This document shows positions 35,258 to 45,117 of a DNA stretch of 64,000 bases, piece by piece. Every line of letters begins with the position of its first letter. Within the stretch, counting starts at the first letter, position 1. The notes beneath the pieces were generated by a model. The model ran no database searches. It saw only the letters and a program-made list of their open reading frames with translations, and was not told the DNA's origin. The DNA is from a virus. The position numbers were made by a program, and so were the translations under genes. The stretch covers positions 32,001 to 96,000 of the IMG/VR virus record IMGVR_UViG_3300015370_000011; one strand, 5' to 3'.

Positions 35258-37764
35258 TGCCTAAAAATTCTAAATTAATTATCCCTGGGGGATACGGGGA
35301 TCCTCGTAAAATCGCGTCCGAAAACGCTTACGATGAAGGTGAAGATCGTATTTCTGTACGCGGATCTAGCCGACCCGTTATGTATCGCAACGCAGGATTT
35401 AGTAAGCGTGCAACATCTGTAAGTTCTAGTACAGCTGCGGGGGTTGGGTTTGGTGGACAAAGCTCTGGAGCTATGTCGCAATCCCCATTATTCTATGATT
35501 ATCGGTGGTCTACACCAGATAAATTTTACTTTCCTAGAAATAGAATAGTAGCAAATTCAATTTGGCGGGAAGTCTATAAACGAGATCCGGCGGTGGCAAC
35601 AGCTACCGATATGTATGCTGAACTGCCCTGGTCCGACTTTGATTTAATTGGAATTGATGATCCGAGTATTAGAAAAGTTTATGAGGATATGTTTAACTCT
35701 ATCAACATAGTACCAAAACTTACCAACTATACTAGAGATTATATGATCACGGGAGAATTGATTCTCCATACGATATTCAACTACTCGAAGGGAATTTGGG
35801 AAAGAGTTATCCCACACAATCCAGATTATATTGATGTAGAAGGTATAGGATTAGCAGTTGAGCAACCCCTATTGTGGTTGCGACCTACGCCAGAAATAAA
35901 GAAATTGGTCAATTCTGACGATCCTAGGATCAGACGACTACAAAAAGCCGTCCCCCAAGATATTATAAATGCCTTCAGGCAAAATAAAAAGATAGCATTA
36001 GATCCATTGAACACTACGTATATTCCCAGACTTAATCTATCTACGGATATTCGAGGAATGTCTTTGTACACGAGACTGTATCGAGTTATCATGTATGAAG
36101 ATTTTATTGTAAATGCATCATTAGCTGTAGCACAAAGAAATGCCGCCCCGTTACGAATATTCAAACTTGGCGATCCGAATACGGGATGGTTGCCCGATGA
36201 GGAAGATGAAGCAGCATTTGCTGAGATGCTATCAATAGCCGAGGCCGATCCACTTGCGGCGATTATTATGCATCAGCATGTATCTGCTGAATTAGTCGGT
36301 GTTTCAGATCGTGTTTTACTGATTTCCAAGGAATGGGATTTTATAGAGCGAGTCAAGCTATTAGCATTAGGTGTATCTAAAGCATTCCTCGTCGGGGAAA
36401 CCTCCTTTGCGTGTTTCTGTGAGGGAACACAAGTAATTCAAAGGGATGGGACTCCAAAATATATTGAATTGGTAGAACCAGATGAAATAATCTTAGATCA
36501 ATATGGAAAACCACAAAAAGTTATTGATAATTGGTGTGAAGGTATTCCTGATGAATTATTAGAAGTCACAGTATGGGGCGGGAGGAAATTTAGAGTAACA
36601 CCTAATCACCGGTTTCCAGCATGGATGTGGCCAACAGAATGTACTTGTGGGTGTGGGGAAAAAATTAAACATGCTGGACGTGCCTTTTCTCAGCAAAAAC
36701 ACGCAGCAAAAATGTCGAGACATCATTATAAATCAGTAGAATGTCCTGCTATGGTACATCATGGTAGGCACAAAATTACAACATTACCAGAAGGATATAA
36801 TCCAGATCGCTCTGTAGAAGCTAGGGAATTGCGAAAAGGAGATTTTCTAAAAATTCCAAGAACTCATATTATTTGGTCTGAAAAACTTGAAGCAACAGTA
36901 CATGGATGTTCTGTTTGGTGTGATGATAACTTTATGTACGTTCCTATTAAATCTGTTAAAATAGTGCCAAATAATAAACCCGTTTATAATTTAGAAGTTG
37001 AAAACACACATACATATCTAATTTGTGATGGTCTAGCTACACATAATTCTGCTGTTGCTGGGATGCAGTCATTATTGGAACGTCTGGCTAATCTAAGAAA
37101 CAAATTAGAGAAAGATTGGATTATTAAAAAGCTGTGTGCACCAATTGCTGAGATACACGAGTTTTATAAGCGTCCAGAATCTGAACTCGCCCACAGACTA
37201 CGAATAAAGAAACCAGATAAACTAGAAATTATTGTTCCAAAATTGAAGTGGCACAAAATATTAGAACCCACGCAGGATACAGCAATATTAAATATTTGGG
37301 ACAAATTAAAGGAACGCGGGCTAGTATCTGAGAGATCTTTGGTTAGCGGTGCTGGACTAGATGTCGATGCAGAACGCAAGAATATTCTGGAAGAGAAAAA
37401 ATACAAAGAAGAACATCCAGAAGTGTATGGTATACCTGGGCAACCTAAACCTGGGATGCCTGGAGCGCCGGGAGTACCGGGGCTTCCGGGGGCACTCCCA
37501 GGGGCGCTTCCTGGTGCACCCCCAAGGCCCCCGATGCCAGCATCAAAAAGAGCGAGTGCTGGGAATCCTTATGTGATTTCAGCATCCGTGCAAGAGGATA
37601 TTCAGTATAGACTTGATGAATTTATTGGTTCTGATAACAAGGTAGATATGGATGATGTAATTGAAGTAATCTCAGATGTAAAAGATGAAGCAGATCGTAT
37701 GCATAAAGCGGAAACACTATTGCCACTAGCCACGAATTCTCTCCTTTCTGGGTATGAAAAATAA
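35257..37764 (+). CDS. Portal protein (intein-containing)
   Basis: Follows terminase; YKRDPAVATATDMYAELPWS, PLRIFKLG, LALGVSKAFLVGE; Pro/Gly-rich C-terminal region. Confidence 0.85.
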   Translation: MPKNSKLIIPGGYGDPRKIASENAYDEGEDRISVRGSSRPVMYRNAGFSKRATSVSSSTAAGVGFGGQSSGAMSQSPLFYDYRWSTPDKFYFPRNRIVANSIWREVYKRDPAVATATDMYAELPWSDFDLIGIDDPSIRKVYEDMFNSINIVPKLTNYTRDYMITGELILHTIFNYSKGIWERVIPHNPDYIDVEGIGLAVEQPLLWLRPTPEIKKLVNSDDPRIRRLQKAVPQDIINAFRQNKKIALDPLNTTYIPRLNLSTDIRGMSLYTRLYRVIMYEDFIVNASLAVAQRNAAPLRIFKLGDPNTGWLPDEEDEAAFAEMLSIAEADPLAAIIMHQHVSAELVGVSDRVLLISKEWDFIERVKLLALGVSKAFLVGETSFACFCEGTQVIQRDGTPKYIELVEPDEIILDQYGKPQKVIDNWCEGIPDELLEVTVWGGRKFRVTPNHRFPAWMWPTECTCGCGEKIKHAGRAFSQQKHAAKMSRHHYKSVECPAMVHHGRHKITTLPEGYNPDRSVEARELRKGDFLKIPRTHIIWSEKLEATVHGCSVWCDDNFMYVPIKSVKIVPNNKPVYNLEVENTHTYLICDGLATHNSAVAGMQSLLERLANLRNKLEKDWIIKKLCAPIAEIHEFYKRPESELAHRLRIKKPDKLEIIVPKLKWHKILEPTQDTAILNIWDKLKERGLVSERSLVSGAGLDVDAERKNILEEKKYKEEHPEVYGIPGQPKPGMPGAPGVPGLPGALPGALPGAPPRPPMPASKRASAGNPYVISASVQEDIQYRLDEFIGSDNKVDMDDVIEVISDVKDEADRMHKAETLLPLATNSLLSGYEK
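36412..37047 (+). mobile_element. Mini-intein (212 aa) in portal
   Basis: N-terminal A|CFCEGTQV, block B FRVTPNHRF, C-terminal VYNLEVENTHTYL....ATHN|S. Confidence 0.92.
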
Positions 37765-37819
37765 AAATAGCAGCATTATACTAATGTTCTTGTAGTATGA
37801 TCATGGTGGGAGAAACTAC

Positions 37820-38344
37820 ATGCCTTTGAAGAACCAAGTTGAAGAAATCTACATGCATTGTTCTGCATCTCCTTGGGGAGATGCCATGGTTTTTGATAAT
37901 TGGCATAAGCAGCGTGGTTGGACGGGTATTGGATATCACTTTGTTATTTTAAACGGGAGACCCAAGGCGGATGTAAGGTATTGGGCGTTCCTGGATGGGC
38001 AGATTCAACCTGGAAGGCATTTGAACGATGATGCTATCTTTTCTGATGCGGAAATGGGCGCACACGTTGCGGGTCGAAACAGTAAAAGCATTGGATTTTG
38101 TCTTGTTGGTAATAGAGAATTTACTGAAAAGCAACTGGTTTCTGCAAAAGTAATAAGTTTAGCTCTTTTGAAACATTTCAATCTTCCGGTGTCTGCTTTG
38201 AAGGGGCATTATGAAGATATTAACTCTGGTAAAACATGCCCTAATATAGAGATGAATGCTTTTAGGGATTTTGTATCTGATAAAATTGACATGTACGCAT
38301 TGTACGCTGCTATTGATAAATACATTGAGGAATTCGTTATATGA
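37820..38344 (+). CDS. N-acetylmuramoyl-L-alanine amidase (T7-lysozyme/Amidase_2 type)
   Basis: MHCSA, WHKQRGWTGIGYHFVI, GAHVAGRNSKSIGFCLVG, GHYE...KTCP. Confidence 0.92.
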   Translation: MPLKNQVEEIYMHCSASPWGDAMVFDNWHKQRGWTGIGYHFVILNGRPKADVRYWAFLDGQIQPGRHLNDDAIFSDAEMGAHVAGRNSKSIGFCLVGNREFTEKQLVSAKVISLALLKHFNLPVSALKGHYEDINSGKTCPNIEMNAFRDFVSDKIDMYALYAAIDKYIEEFVI

Positions 38345-38988
38345 ACGGATTATTCTATAAATTTTTTGATGAGGTAGTCAAAAAGCGTTTCCCCAATGCA
38401 AAAATAGTATGTAAGTACAATAGCCTTCTGATGCGGATTATTGCTGTACTTATATGGCCATTCAATAAACGATTCTTGACTAACTACACAACTATTATAG
38501 GGCAGACATTTTACTTTCCAAACTCTGATTTTTCAAATAAGCAGATCGTTGGAACACTTGCACATGAATATGTACATTTAGTAGACAGGGAATCAGCCGG
38601 TGTTGGTGTATTTGAGATAAAATATTTATTTCCTCAGATATTAGCTAGCTTGAGTCTATTGTCTGTTTTAGCAATTTTTTCTTCGTGGTTCTTTCTCTTT
38701 CTTATCTTCTTGGTGTTCTTGGCTCCGTGGCCTGCTGTGTTTAGACAAAATATAGAAGCTAATGGTTACGCAATGAGTATGCATTTTTGGAGAATAGCTT
38801 ACGGAGATACGTTTGTAGAAGATGATTGGTTAAGGATATATACAGAGACACTAACAGGATCAGCATACTATTTTCCGTCATGGAATAAGAACAAGATGAA
38901 ATCAAAAATAAAAAATAGATTCGATTTTCTTTTATTAGATCCTGCTTTTGATGCTGTGTGCGTGTGGCTAACTAAGGAGTTCAAGTGA
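38341..38988 (+). CDS. Membrane protein with HExxH metallopeptidase motif
   Basis: YTTIIG..FYFP, LAHEYVH, hydrophobic hairpin, EANGY. Confidence 0.65.
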   Translation: MNGLFYKFFDEVVKKRFPNAKIVCKYNSLLMRIIAVLIWPFNKRFLTNYTTIIGQTFYFPNSDFSNKQIVGTLAHEYVHLVDRESAGVGVFEIKYLFPQILASLSLLSVLAIFSSWFFLFLIFLVFLAPWPAVFRQNIEANGYAMSMHFWRIAYGDTFVEDDWLRIYTETLTGSAYYFPSWNKNKMKSKIKNRFDFLLLDPAFDAVCVWLTKEFK

Positions 38989-39761
38989 ATATAACTAGAC
39001 CATTATCACTTTCTCCAAGTAAGGTCGATACCTTTAACGGGTGTCCTCGCCTCTTTAAATATAAATACATAAAACCTCCGATACCTGTTGTTGAAAATAA
39101 ATATTTTTTGATTGGGAATATTGCACACAAAGCATTAGAAATGTTTCATACGATAGAGCTTAACGGGAACATGTCTGTTATTATGAAGGATTGTTTCAAA
39201 TCTGCAATAGAAAAGCATCATGCAGATGAGAAGATAAAAAAAGGAATAATAGTAAAAGACGATTTATACCTGATAAGAGACATGCTCAAGAAGTATATCC
39301 AATACATTCAAAAAACAGGCGCTCCATTAGTTATGCAATGTGAAAAGCTAATAAAGATCCCTCTGAGTAAAAATGTTGTGATTTGGATGAAGGCGGATAG
39401 ACTAGACAAGGAAGGAACAGTATACAAGGTAATTGATTATAAGACTTCTGCGCGTCCTGCAACACGAAAAGAAGAGTTAGCCTCCGTTCAGATACCTACA
39501 TATGGATTGTGGGTACGACAGGCATATGGTAAGGATGCACTAGTATATGGAGAATATCAATATTTACGGCATATAGATAAAAAAGGAATTCATACGTTTG
39601 AAGTTACAGACGAAATGATGGAATCAGCAAAAGAAGAATATGAACGAATTGCTGATAAACTACTATCTGGGTGTTTATACATTCAAAATTTTAAGTATAA
39701 GTATTGCAGGAACTGCGATTTTAGATCTTACTGCGTGGAGGACGAATCCGATGGTCTTTAG
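38985..39761 (+). CDS. PD-(D/E)XK nuclease (AddB/RecB/Cas4-like)
   Basis: LSPSKVDTFNGCP, GNIAHKALE, ADRLD...VIDYKTS, QIPTY, CRNCDFRSYC. Confidence 0.9.
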   Translation: MNITRPLSLSPSKVDTFNGCPRLFKYKYIKPPIPVVENKYFLIGNIAHKALEMFHTIELNGNMSVIMKDCFKSAIEKHHADEKIKKGIIVKDDLYLIRDMLKKYIQYIQKTGAPLVMQCEKLIKIPLSKNVVIWMKADRLDKEGTVYKVIDYKTSARPATRKEELASVQIPTYGLWVRQAYGKDALVYGEYQYLRHIDKKGIHTFEVTDEMMESAKEEYERIADKLLSGCLYIQNFKYKYCRNCDFRSYCVEDESDGL

Positions 39762-39915
39762 AAAAACAGGTACCCCTACTGAAACAAAAACAATTTACTG
39801 CAAGTGCGGAGAAGCATTGGTTTCTTCCGTTTGTCCGAAGTGCAACAAATCTAGAGTTTCTGAAAAAGAAGACGAAAAAGAAGAAAAAGATCTTACAAAG
39901 CCAGAAGTTAAATAA
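39751..39915 (+). CDS. Small zinc-finger protein
   Basis: GGAGG then MVFRKTG...YCKCG......CPKC. Confidence 0.55.
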   Translation: MVFRKTGTPTETKTIYCKCGEALVSSVCPKCNKSRVSEKEDEKEEKDLTKPEVK

Positions 39916-39969
39916 TTAGAAAGTATTACGCTTATCATTGTTCTCCAGAGATTGATTTGGAGGACAGCG

Positions 39970-40857
39970 ATGCCTTTTTACAAGACCGCCGGGGCACCAC
40001 TTCTTGGTGTCTATCAAAGTTCCAAAAGATTTTCCAAGGTTGCTGCACAGTACGCGGATATAAAGCCTGAAGAAGATCAGGTAATCAAGCAGGCTATAAA
40101 TTTACTATCTAAAGATGTTCTGAAGGCTATTGCTAGCGTTTATGATTTATCTGATAATATTGATGATTATATCTTTCCGGTACCGCGCGCTGTAACTGCT
40201 GACATTCCAAACAATAACGCTGATCGATTCTCTCATGATGAATTGACCAGATTCTCTCCAGATCATAGATGTTTGGTTTTTCAAACATTCATCAATGACC
40301 CACTGCATATTGAGCATGTTGCACACGATCCGAAGGCCGCTCGGGGGTATTTACCAGATGCTCATTATATTACTAGTAATCCTAAAGATCGGTATGTGCT
40401 TACTGTAACTGCGATGGATACTACCAAGGATATTCCTTTAGCTAATGGTCTATTATCTGGAGAGATTAATAAATTCTCTATGGGATGCATTTGTGATTCT
40501 GTAAAGTGCAGCTATAGTAAATGTGGTAAGATCGCATATTCTGATCGAGATTTGTGTGAACATTTGCAATTTTATAAGATGTCATTTCTCGATAATGAAT
40601 TAGTTTATGAAGACTGTATGGGTGTTGAATATCAGGAACTCTCAGTAGTTGGAAATCCCGCCGATCCCAAAGCGGAAACCCAAGCAATTCTAAAATATGC
40701 AACAAGAAAAGCGCAATCAGGACAAATTACAGCGAGTTTTAATATCATATCAAATCTTGTTTCGGAAAAAGATGCGTATGAAGTAGCACGCTATTTTCAA
40801 TTGAATGCTAACAAATTACCTGAAGCTTTGTTAAGATTAGCAGACAAATTGTTCTAG
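39970..40857 (+). CDS. Prohead maturation protease
   Basis: NNNADRF, TFINDPLHIEH, FSMGC, CS..CG....LCEHL, YQELSVVGNPADPKA; upstream of scaffold and capsid. Confidence 0.85.
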   Translation: MPFYKTAGAPLLGVYQSSKRFSKVAAQYADIKPEEDQVIKQAINLLSKDVLKAIASVYDLSDNIDDYIFPVPRAVTADIPNNNADRFSHDELTRFSPDHRCLVFQTFINDPLHIEHVAHDPKAARGYLPDAHYITSNPKDRYVLTVTAMDTTKDIPLANGLLSGEINKFSMGCICDSVKCSYSKCGKIAYSDRDLCEHLQFYKMSFLDNELVYEDCMGVEYQELSVVGNPADPKAETQAILKYATRKAQSGQITASFNIISNLVSEKDAYEVARYFQLNANKLPEALLRLADKLF

Positions 40858-40924
40858 TCAAAAATCCAACGATAGTTTAATGCTTGTGAAGATAAACTAT
40901 AAAATCAGTTAAAGGAGCATCGAA

Positions 40925-42484
40925 ATGGACGGGATTCGAAAAAAGGTTTCTAAGAAGACTTCTGGGTTTATCAAAAAGGCCCAGCAGGCTCCTGCACCAC
41001 AGGTTCAACCAGCGCTCCCAAAAATGGTTGATCCTGGGGCTCCCGGAGTTCCGGGAGGCGCACCGCCGCCTCCAAAGGCTCCCGGTGGCGCTCCCATGCC
41101 ACCGCCGCCCCCAAAGCCGGCAGAGGAAGTAGAAAAGAAAGAGGAAAGAGCATTAACGAAACTGACTGAACAATTCACGCAATTAGAAGAAAAAGTGGAT
41201 ACGATTGCGGATACGTTAGTCGAGTTGAAAGATTCTCTTATTGGGGACGGTAAGAAAGACAAGTATAAGGAACTACAAGATAGATCAGAAACGGTTAAAA
41301 AGCCCACTTCTGAAGAATTTGGTCTAGACAAAGACTCGTTAGTTGGCACGGAGGATGAAATGCCGAAATCTGCTGAGGACTTGCGTGTTGCGCGGAAGCG
41401 TAGAATTGCTGAGGAACTAGAGTTTCATGAGCATAATCCACCGAATAAAAAGTATAAGCAGCAGGTTCCTGCTCCGCAAGTTACGAAACTGAAGGATGCC
41501 CCCGAAGATTGGGGACAGTACCGCCTGGCTTCGTTAGCACTGGATTTGTCCGCGTCCCAGAAGGAATGGTCCCTGGTGAATACAGATACTGGAGAGGTGT
41601 ATTACAAGCTTTCTGCGTGTGAAACCTCGCCAGAAAACTTCGCTACTGAAGATTTTGCTCAGGAAATTATCAAGGATATGAAAGAAATTGGTGTCGAGGC
41701 TGCTATGCAGAAGCATGGTGCCTTCCCGTTCGAGAAGGACGAGGATATGCCTGTTGATATGCCGGGCAGAGACAAGAAGCCATTAGATCTAAAGAAGGAT
41801 AAGAAGCCTTTTGGGGATAAGGTAGATAAAAAGCCTTTCGGAGACAAGCTAGATAAGAAGCCAATGAAACCGTCGATGAAGCCTCCGATGAAACCACTAA
41901 TGAAGAAAGTAGAAGTACCCGGAGAAGAAGACGAGCTTGAAAAAGAATCAGCGAGTGATGATCCAGTTGAGCAGGTTTTTGCTGCCGAACAGATTGTTAC
42001 GGCTACCCAAGAGATTACTGCGTCTGATTACCATCGTAGATTCCTGCGGGCATTTAGGCTAGCGCTAAGTGCACAGCAAAAGAATCTAGTCAGTAATCCG
42101 TTGAAGGCCTCTTTCTATGATGTACTCGCTGATCTTGGGATTGAGAATCCTCAAATGATTATAGAATCAGCGTTTGCTCGCGCATCCGATGATCATTTCG
42201 AAGTTACTCTATCGAAGACAGAAGAGTACTTGGATATGAGCGATGAGGCGTTGATTGAGACAGAGGCTATGGTCGGTGGGATAGATGTGGTTGTCCCGCA
42301 GCAGAGAGAAGCTTCATTTGTTGAGTCTGAAAACCCTAGGATCGAAGCGCTGAAGCTCAGGGCGCGACAGTCATCCTTGGCCTTATCAACGGCCACGGAT
42401 ACGGATCCTACAGATAGATTCTCTGAACTAGCTAATGCGCTGCCACGACCTAAGTTGGCGGGTGTTAGCAAATTCAAGGTGTAA
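40925..42484 (+). CDS. Capsid scaffolding-like protein
   Basis: Position between protease and capsid; Pro-rich, coiled-coil and low-complexity segments. Confidence 0.65.
   Translation: MDGIRKKVSKKTSGFIKKAQQAPAPQVQPALPKMVDPGAPGVPGGAPPPPKAPGGAPMPPPPPKPAEEVEKKEERALTKLTEQFTQLEEKVDTIADTLVELKDSLIGDGKKDKYKELQDRSETVKKPTSEEFGLDKDSLVGTEDEMPKSAEDLRVARKRRIAEELEFHEHNPPNKKYKQQVPAPQVTKLKDAPEDWGQYRLASLALDLSASQKEWSLVNTDTGEVYYKLSACETSPENFATEDFAQEIIKDMKEIGVEAAMQKHGAFPFEKDEDMPVDMPGRDKKPLDLKKDKKPFGDKVDKKPFGDKLDKKPMKPSMKPPMKPLMKKVEVPGEEDELEKESASDDPVEQVFAAEQIVTATQEITASDYHRRFLRAFRLALSAQQKNLVSNPLKASFYDVLADLGIENPQMIIESAFARASDDHFEVTLSKTEEYLDMSDEALIETEAMVGGIDVVVPQQREASFVESENPRIEALKLRARQSSLALSTATDTDPTDRFSELANALPRPKLAGVSKFKV
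41771..41907 (+). repeat. Coding repeats DKKP(F/L/M) x4 and MKP x3
   Basis: DKKPLDLKKDKKPFGDKVDKKPFGDKLDKKPMKPSMKPPMKPLMKK. Confidence 0.8.
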
Positions 42485-42534
42485 AAAGATTGGTCATACC
42501 AGTGGAAAAACCTTTGGTTGAGTAGGAGAACGCA

Positions 42535-43251
42535 ATGTTAGACAAGAAAAGAGGATACGCCTATCACCGGCCGTTTTGGGCGGTGGATACTAACGTAAAC
42601 ATTCAGGCTGGCATGATTGCCTTCCTGACTAGCGTAGGTGGTGTTGTCACTGCCACAACGGCTGCTTCTGGGACTGTGCCCATTGGCACTTTCTGGAAGG
42701 ATCGGGCGAATAGCTTTATCCGATCCACCAAGGAAAATGGCACGTTTGATGCCAACAACATAATCACCTTATCGAAAGGCAACATTCTGAGTACTGCGTT
42801 TGTACGTGTTACAAATGCAGCCGAAACCACGGTGTACACCCAGGGTGTGGACTACACCATCACAACCGCTAACGGTATAGTTACTCGCTTGCCGGGTGGT
42901 GCGATTGCTGCCGGTGCTGTGGTTGTTGTCACATACCGGTACAGTGTAAGTTCCACCCAAGTATATTGGGATAATGTATCTACCAAGTGGAGTACTGGTT
43001 ACAACTATGATCGGCAGAATGATGATACGCTAGGCAGTAGCAAGATTACCATCGCGGCTAGCGACGCCATTCTATTTACCGATCAGTATGATGTCAATCA
43101 CACATATACCTTGAATGCGCCACTGTATTCGGATGCTAACTCTCTATGGACTAACGTAGCGGGTTATACTAGCGTTTGTGGTCGGGTAGTGAGTGTCCCT
43201 ACCGCGAGTGATCCATTTCTGGGTGTGCAACAGATAATGGTAGCGATGTAA
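42535..43251 (+). CDS. Head decoration/cement protein
   Basis: Immediately upstream of capsid; DDTLGSSKITI, FTDQYD, GRVVSVPT..DPFLG. Confidence 0.7.
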   Translation: MLDKKRGYAYHRPFWAVDTNVNIQAGMIAFLTSVGGVVTATTAASGTVPIGTFWKDRANSFIRSTKENGTFDANNIITLSKGNILSTAFVRVTNAAETTVYTQGVDYTITTANGIVTRLPGGAIAAGAVVVVTYRYSVSSTQVYWDNVSTKWSTGYNYDRQNDDTLGSSKITIAASDAILFTDQYDVNHTYTLNAPLYSDANSLWTNVAGYTSVCGRVVSVPTASDPFLGVQQIMVAM

Positions 43252-43290
43252 CAAAGGGTTGATTTAGCTCTCGATTCGAGACAAAGGAGG

Positions 43291-44424
43291 ATGCTAATGC
43301 CAAGAATTAATCCGTATGCGAAAACCAGTACAGTGCTGGATCGCAAGACCAAGGCCCCGTTCAATCCAGTGGCGGTTGGTCGTGTTGGTAGGTCCGGGCG
43401 TAGGCCAGTGTCAACAGTAGACAAGATGTTCAACGAATCTGGTGAAATCAATGCCGGTACAAAAGCGGAAGTGCTGGATAAGATCTCAGCGCTTTTGGAC
43501 GGTCTGGCTGATGGAACCTATGAAGTTGAACGCACCGCCTCAATCGGCGGGGGGTACGGCCTGGAAGAGTCTGAGGGCATCCTTCGCGAAGCTTTTGCCG
43601 ATCCTACTGGGGAATCGTTCAATAAGATCGGCCAGGGCTTGCTAAATCCAATCAAGGAAGTCATTGATTACGAGGGACTGGCTAGAAAGATATTCGCGCC
43701 AAGAACCGTAAAAGCCGGTGAGATCGTCCGCTACGACAAAGACGTGTATGTTCAGGGCTGGGTCATCGCTGAAGATGGCCAAACCCCACAGTCTGTTGTC
43801 GAAGGTCGATACATCTATCCGCCTGAGTTCGAGATAACTGCTTATCCGTCGATTGAGATCAAGGATAAGTTCCGGGCGCAGTATGACATCCTTGCCAGAA
43901 CCCAAGACCGTGCTCGCATGGCTATTGAGTATCAGGAAGACTTGGCGGCTGTTAGTCTATTGCAGGCTGGTGGCAACCAAACCAACATCTCCACCGTGTT
44001 TGCAACCCTGAACCTGGCGGCACTAGAGTCACTGCGTTATCAGATTGAACGGCATCGTTTGATCTGTGATAAGTATGTTATTCATCGTCAGGAAGTATCT
44101 GACCTAGTGAATACTGTGTCAACACAGGTTGACCCGGTAACCCAACGCGAATTGATCATGGCTGGGTACATTGGGTCAATCCTGAATAGCATGATTATCA
44201 CTACTGCTGGTACAAACACCTTTGAAATTCTGCAGCCCGGTAGCGTTCTTGCTATAGCCGCTCCTGAATACCTCGGCGGTATGCCTGTCCGTGTCGAGTT
44301 GTTCTCTGAGCCGGTGAATGAATTTATGGAAGGCCGTCCGCGTCAGGGATGGTTCTGGTATGAGCTAATCAGCCAGGTTCTAGCTAACCCGGCTGGCGTT
44401 GCGCTCGGCCAGAAGACTTCGTAA
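43291..44424 (+). CDS. Major capsid protein (HK97-fold)
   Basis: Position, size, highly-expressed codon style; IDYEGLARK, PPEFEITAYP.I, AIEYQED, GWFWYE; strong hairpin follows. Confidence 0.88.
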   Translation: MLMPRINPYAKTSTVLDRKTKAPFNPVAVGRVGRSGRRPVSTVDKMFNESGEINAGTKAEVLDKISALLDGLADGTYEVERTASIGGGYGLEESEGILREAFADPTGESFNKIGQGLLNPIKEVIDYEGLARKIFAPRTVKAGEIVRYDKDVYVQGWVIAEDGQTPQSVVEGRYIYPPEFEITAYPSIEIKDKFRAQYDILARTQDRARMAIEYQEDLAAVSLLQAGGNQTNISTVFATLNLAALESLRYQIERHRLICDKYVIHRQEVSDLVNTVSTQVDPVTQRELIMAGYIGSILNSMIITTAGTNTFEILQPGSVLAIAAPEYLGGMPVRVELFSEPVNEFMEGRPRQGWFWYELISQVLANPAGVALGQKTS

Positions 44425-44430
44425 TTTGGT

Positions 44431-44473
44431 CAGTTGGGGGCGGGATGGCCGCCCCCAACTGCTTCTATTTTTT
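44431..44473 (+). terminator. Rho-independent terminator after capsid gene
   Basis: 13-bp perfect stem CAGTTGGGGGCGG/CCGCCCCCAACTG, then CTTCTATTTTTT. Confidence 0.8.
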
Positions 44474-44504
44474 ACCTGACAAGTGTTAGGAAAAGGAGGA
44501 TCGA

Positions 44505-44984
44505 ATGCCTGCTAAGAAGTTGGATAAGGGTGCTGTTTGCCGCGAATTGGATTTTGCGGCAGAGAAACTTGAAAGATTGGGCTTTACGGATCTGTCTCAA
44601 AAAGTTGACTACTACAGTGATAAGATTCGGGCAGCCAAAGACGAAGACATACCGAGTATATATAGAGCCCTGTCCCGGATACAAAAAGAGCATGATCGTA
44701 GAACGGTTTCTGATCCGAGTGCTTTGAAGGCTAAACACGCGACGGAAAGAGCACGTAGGGAACCTGACAAACGTGGATTGCTGATCGCTAGAAAGCTCAG
44801 AGAAAAAGATGCTGAGCTAAAGAAGGCGCATCAGGAGATTGAAAAACTGAAAAAACTAGTATCGATTGCTCGTAAGGTCGCTTTGCAGCGTATGCAAAGT
44901 AAGGAAGACCCAGAAAAAACAGCATCGGAACGCGCTAGCGCTAGAAAGGCTAGAATACAAGCTATTTTGAGGGACAAAAAGTAG
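44505..44984 (+). CDS. Hypothetical basic coiled-coil protein
   Basis: AGGAGG RBS; contains RKVAL, EKTAS motifs. Confidence 0.65.
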   Translation: MPAKKLDKGAVCRELDFAAEKLERLGFTDLSQKVDYYSDKIRAAKDEDIPSIYRALSRIQKEHDRRTVSDPSALKAKHATERARREPDKRGLLIARKLREKDAELKKAHQEIEKLKKLVSIARKVALQRMQSKEDPEKTASERASARKARIQAILRDKK

Positions 44985-45007
44985 TACGATCCACGTATTT
45001 AGTATAT

Positions 45008-45038
45008 GGCGCGCTAGGTTTTCTAGCGCGTCTTTTTT
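45008..45038 (+). terminator. Rho-independent terminator
   Basis: GGCGCGCTAG-GTTTT-CTAGCGCGTC then TTTTTT. Confidence 0.85.
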
Positions 45039-45117
45039 ATTAACGGTAATTTAAGTTTTTAGCTACTCATATATACAATAGACTGTAGAACTTGGCCGAA
45101 ACGAAAAGGAGAAACAA

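Noticed and set aside
38985-39761. Cas4 as part of a CRISPR-Cas system
   Set aside because: No other cas genes or array; stand-alone PD-(D/E)XK nucleases are common in phages
44434-44738. ORFs 44434..44727 (+) and 44472..44738 (-)
   Set aside because: They start within or overlap the capsid terminator and the better-supported 44505..44984 gene
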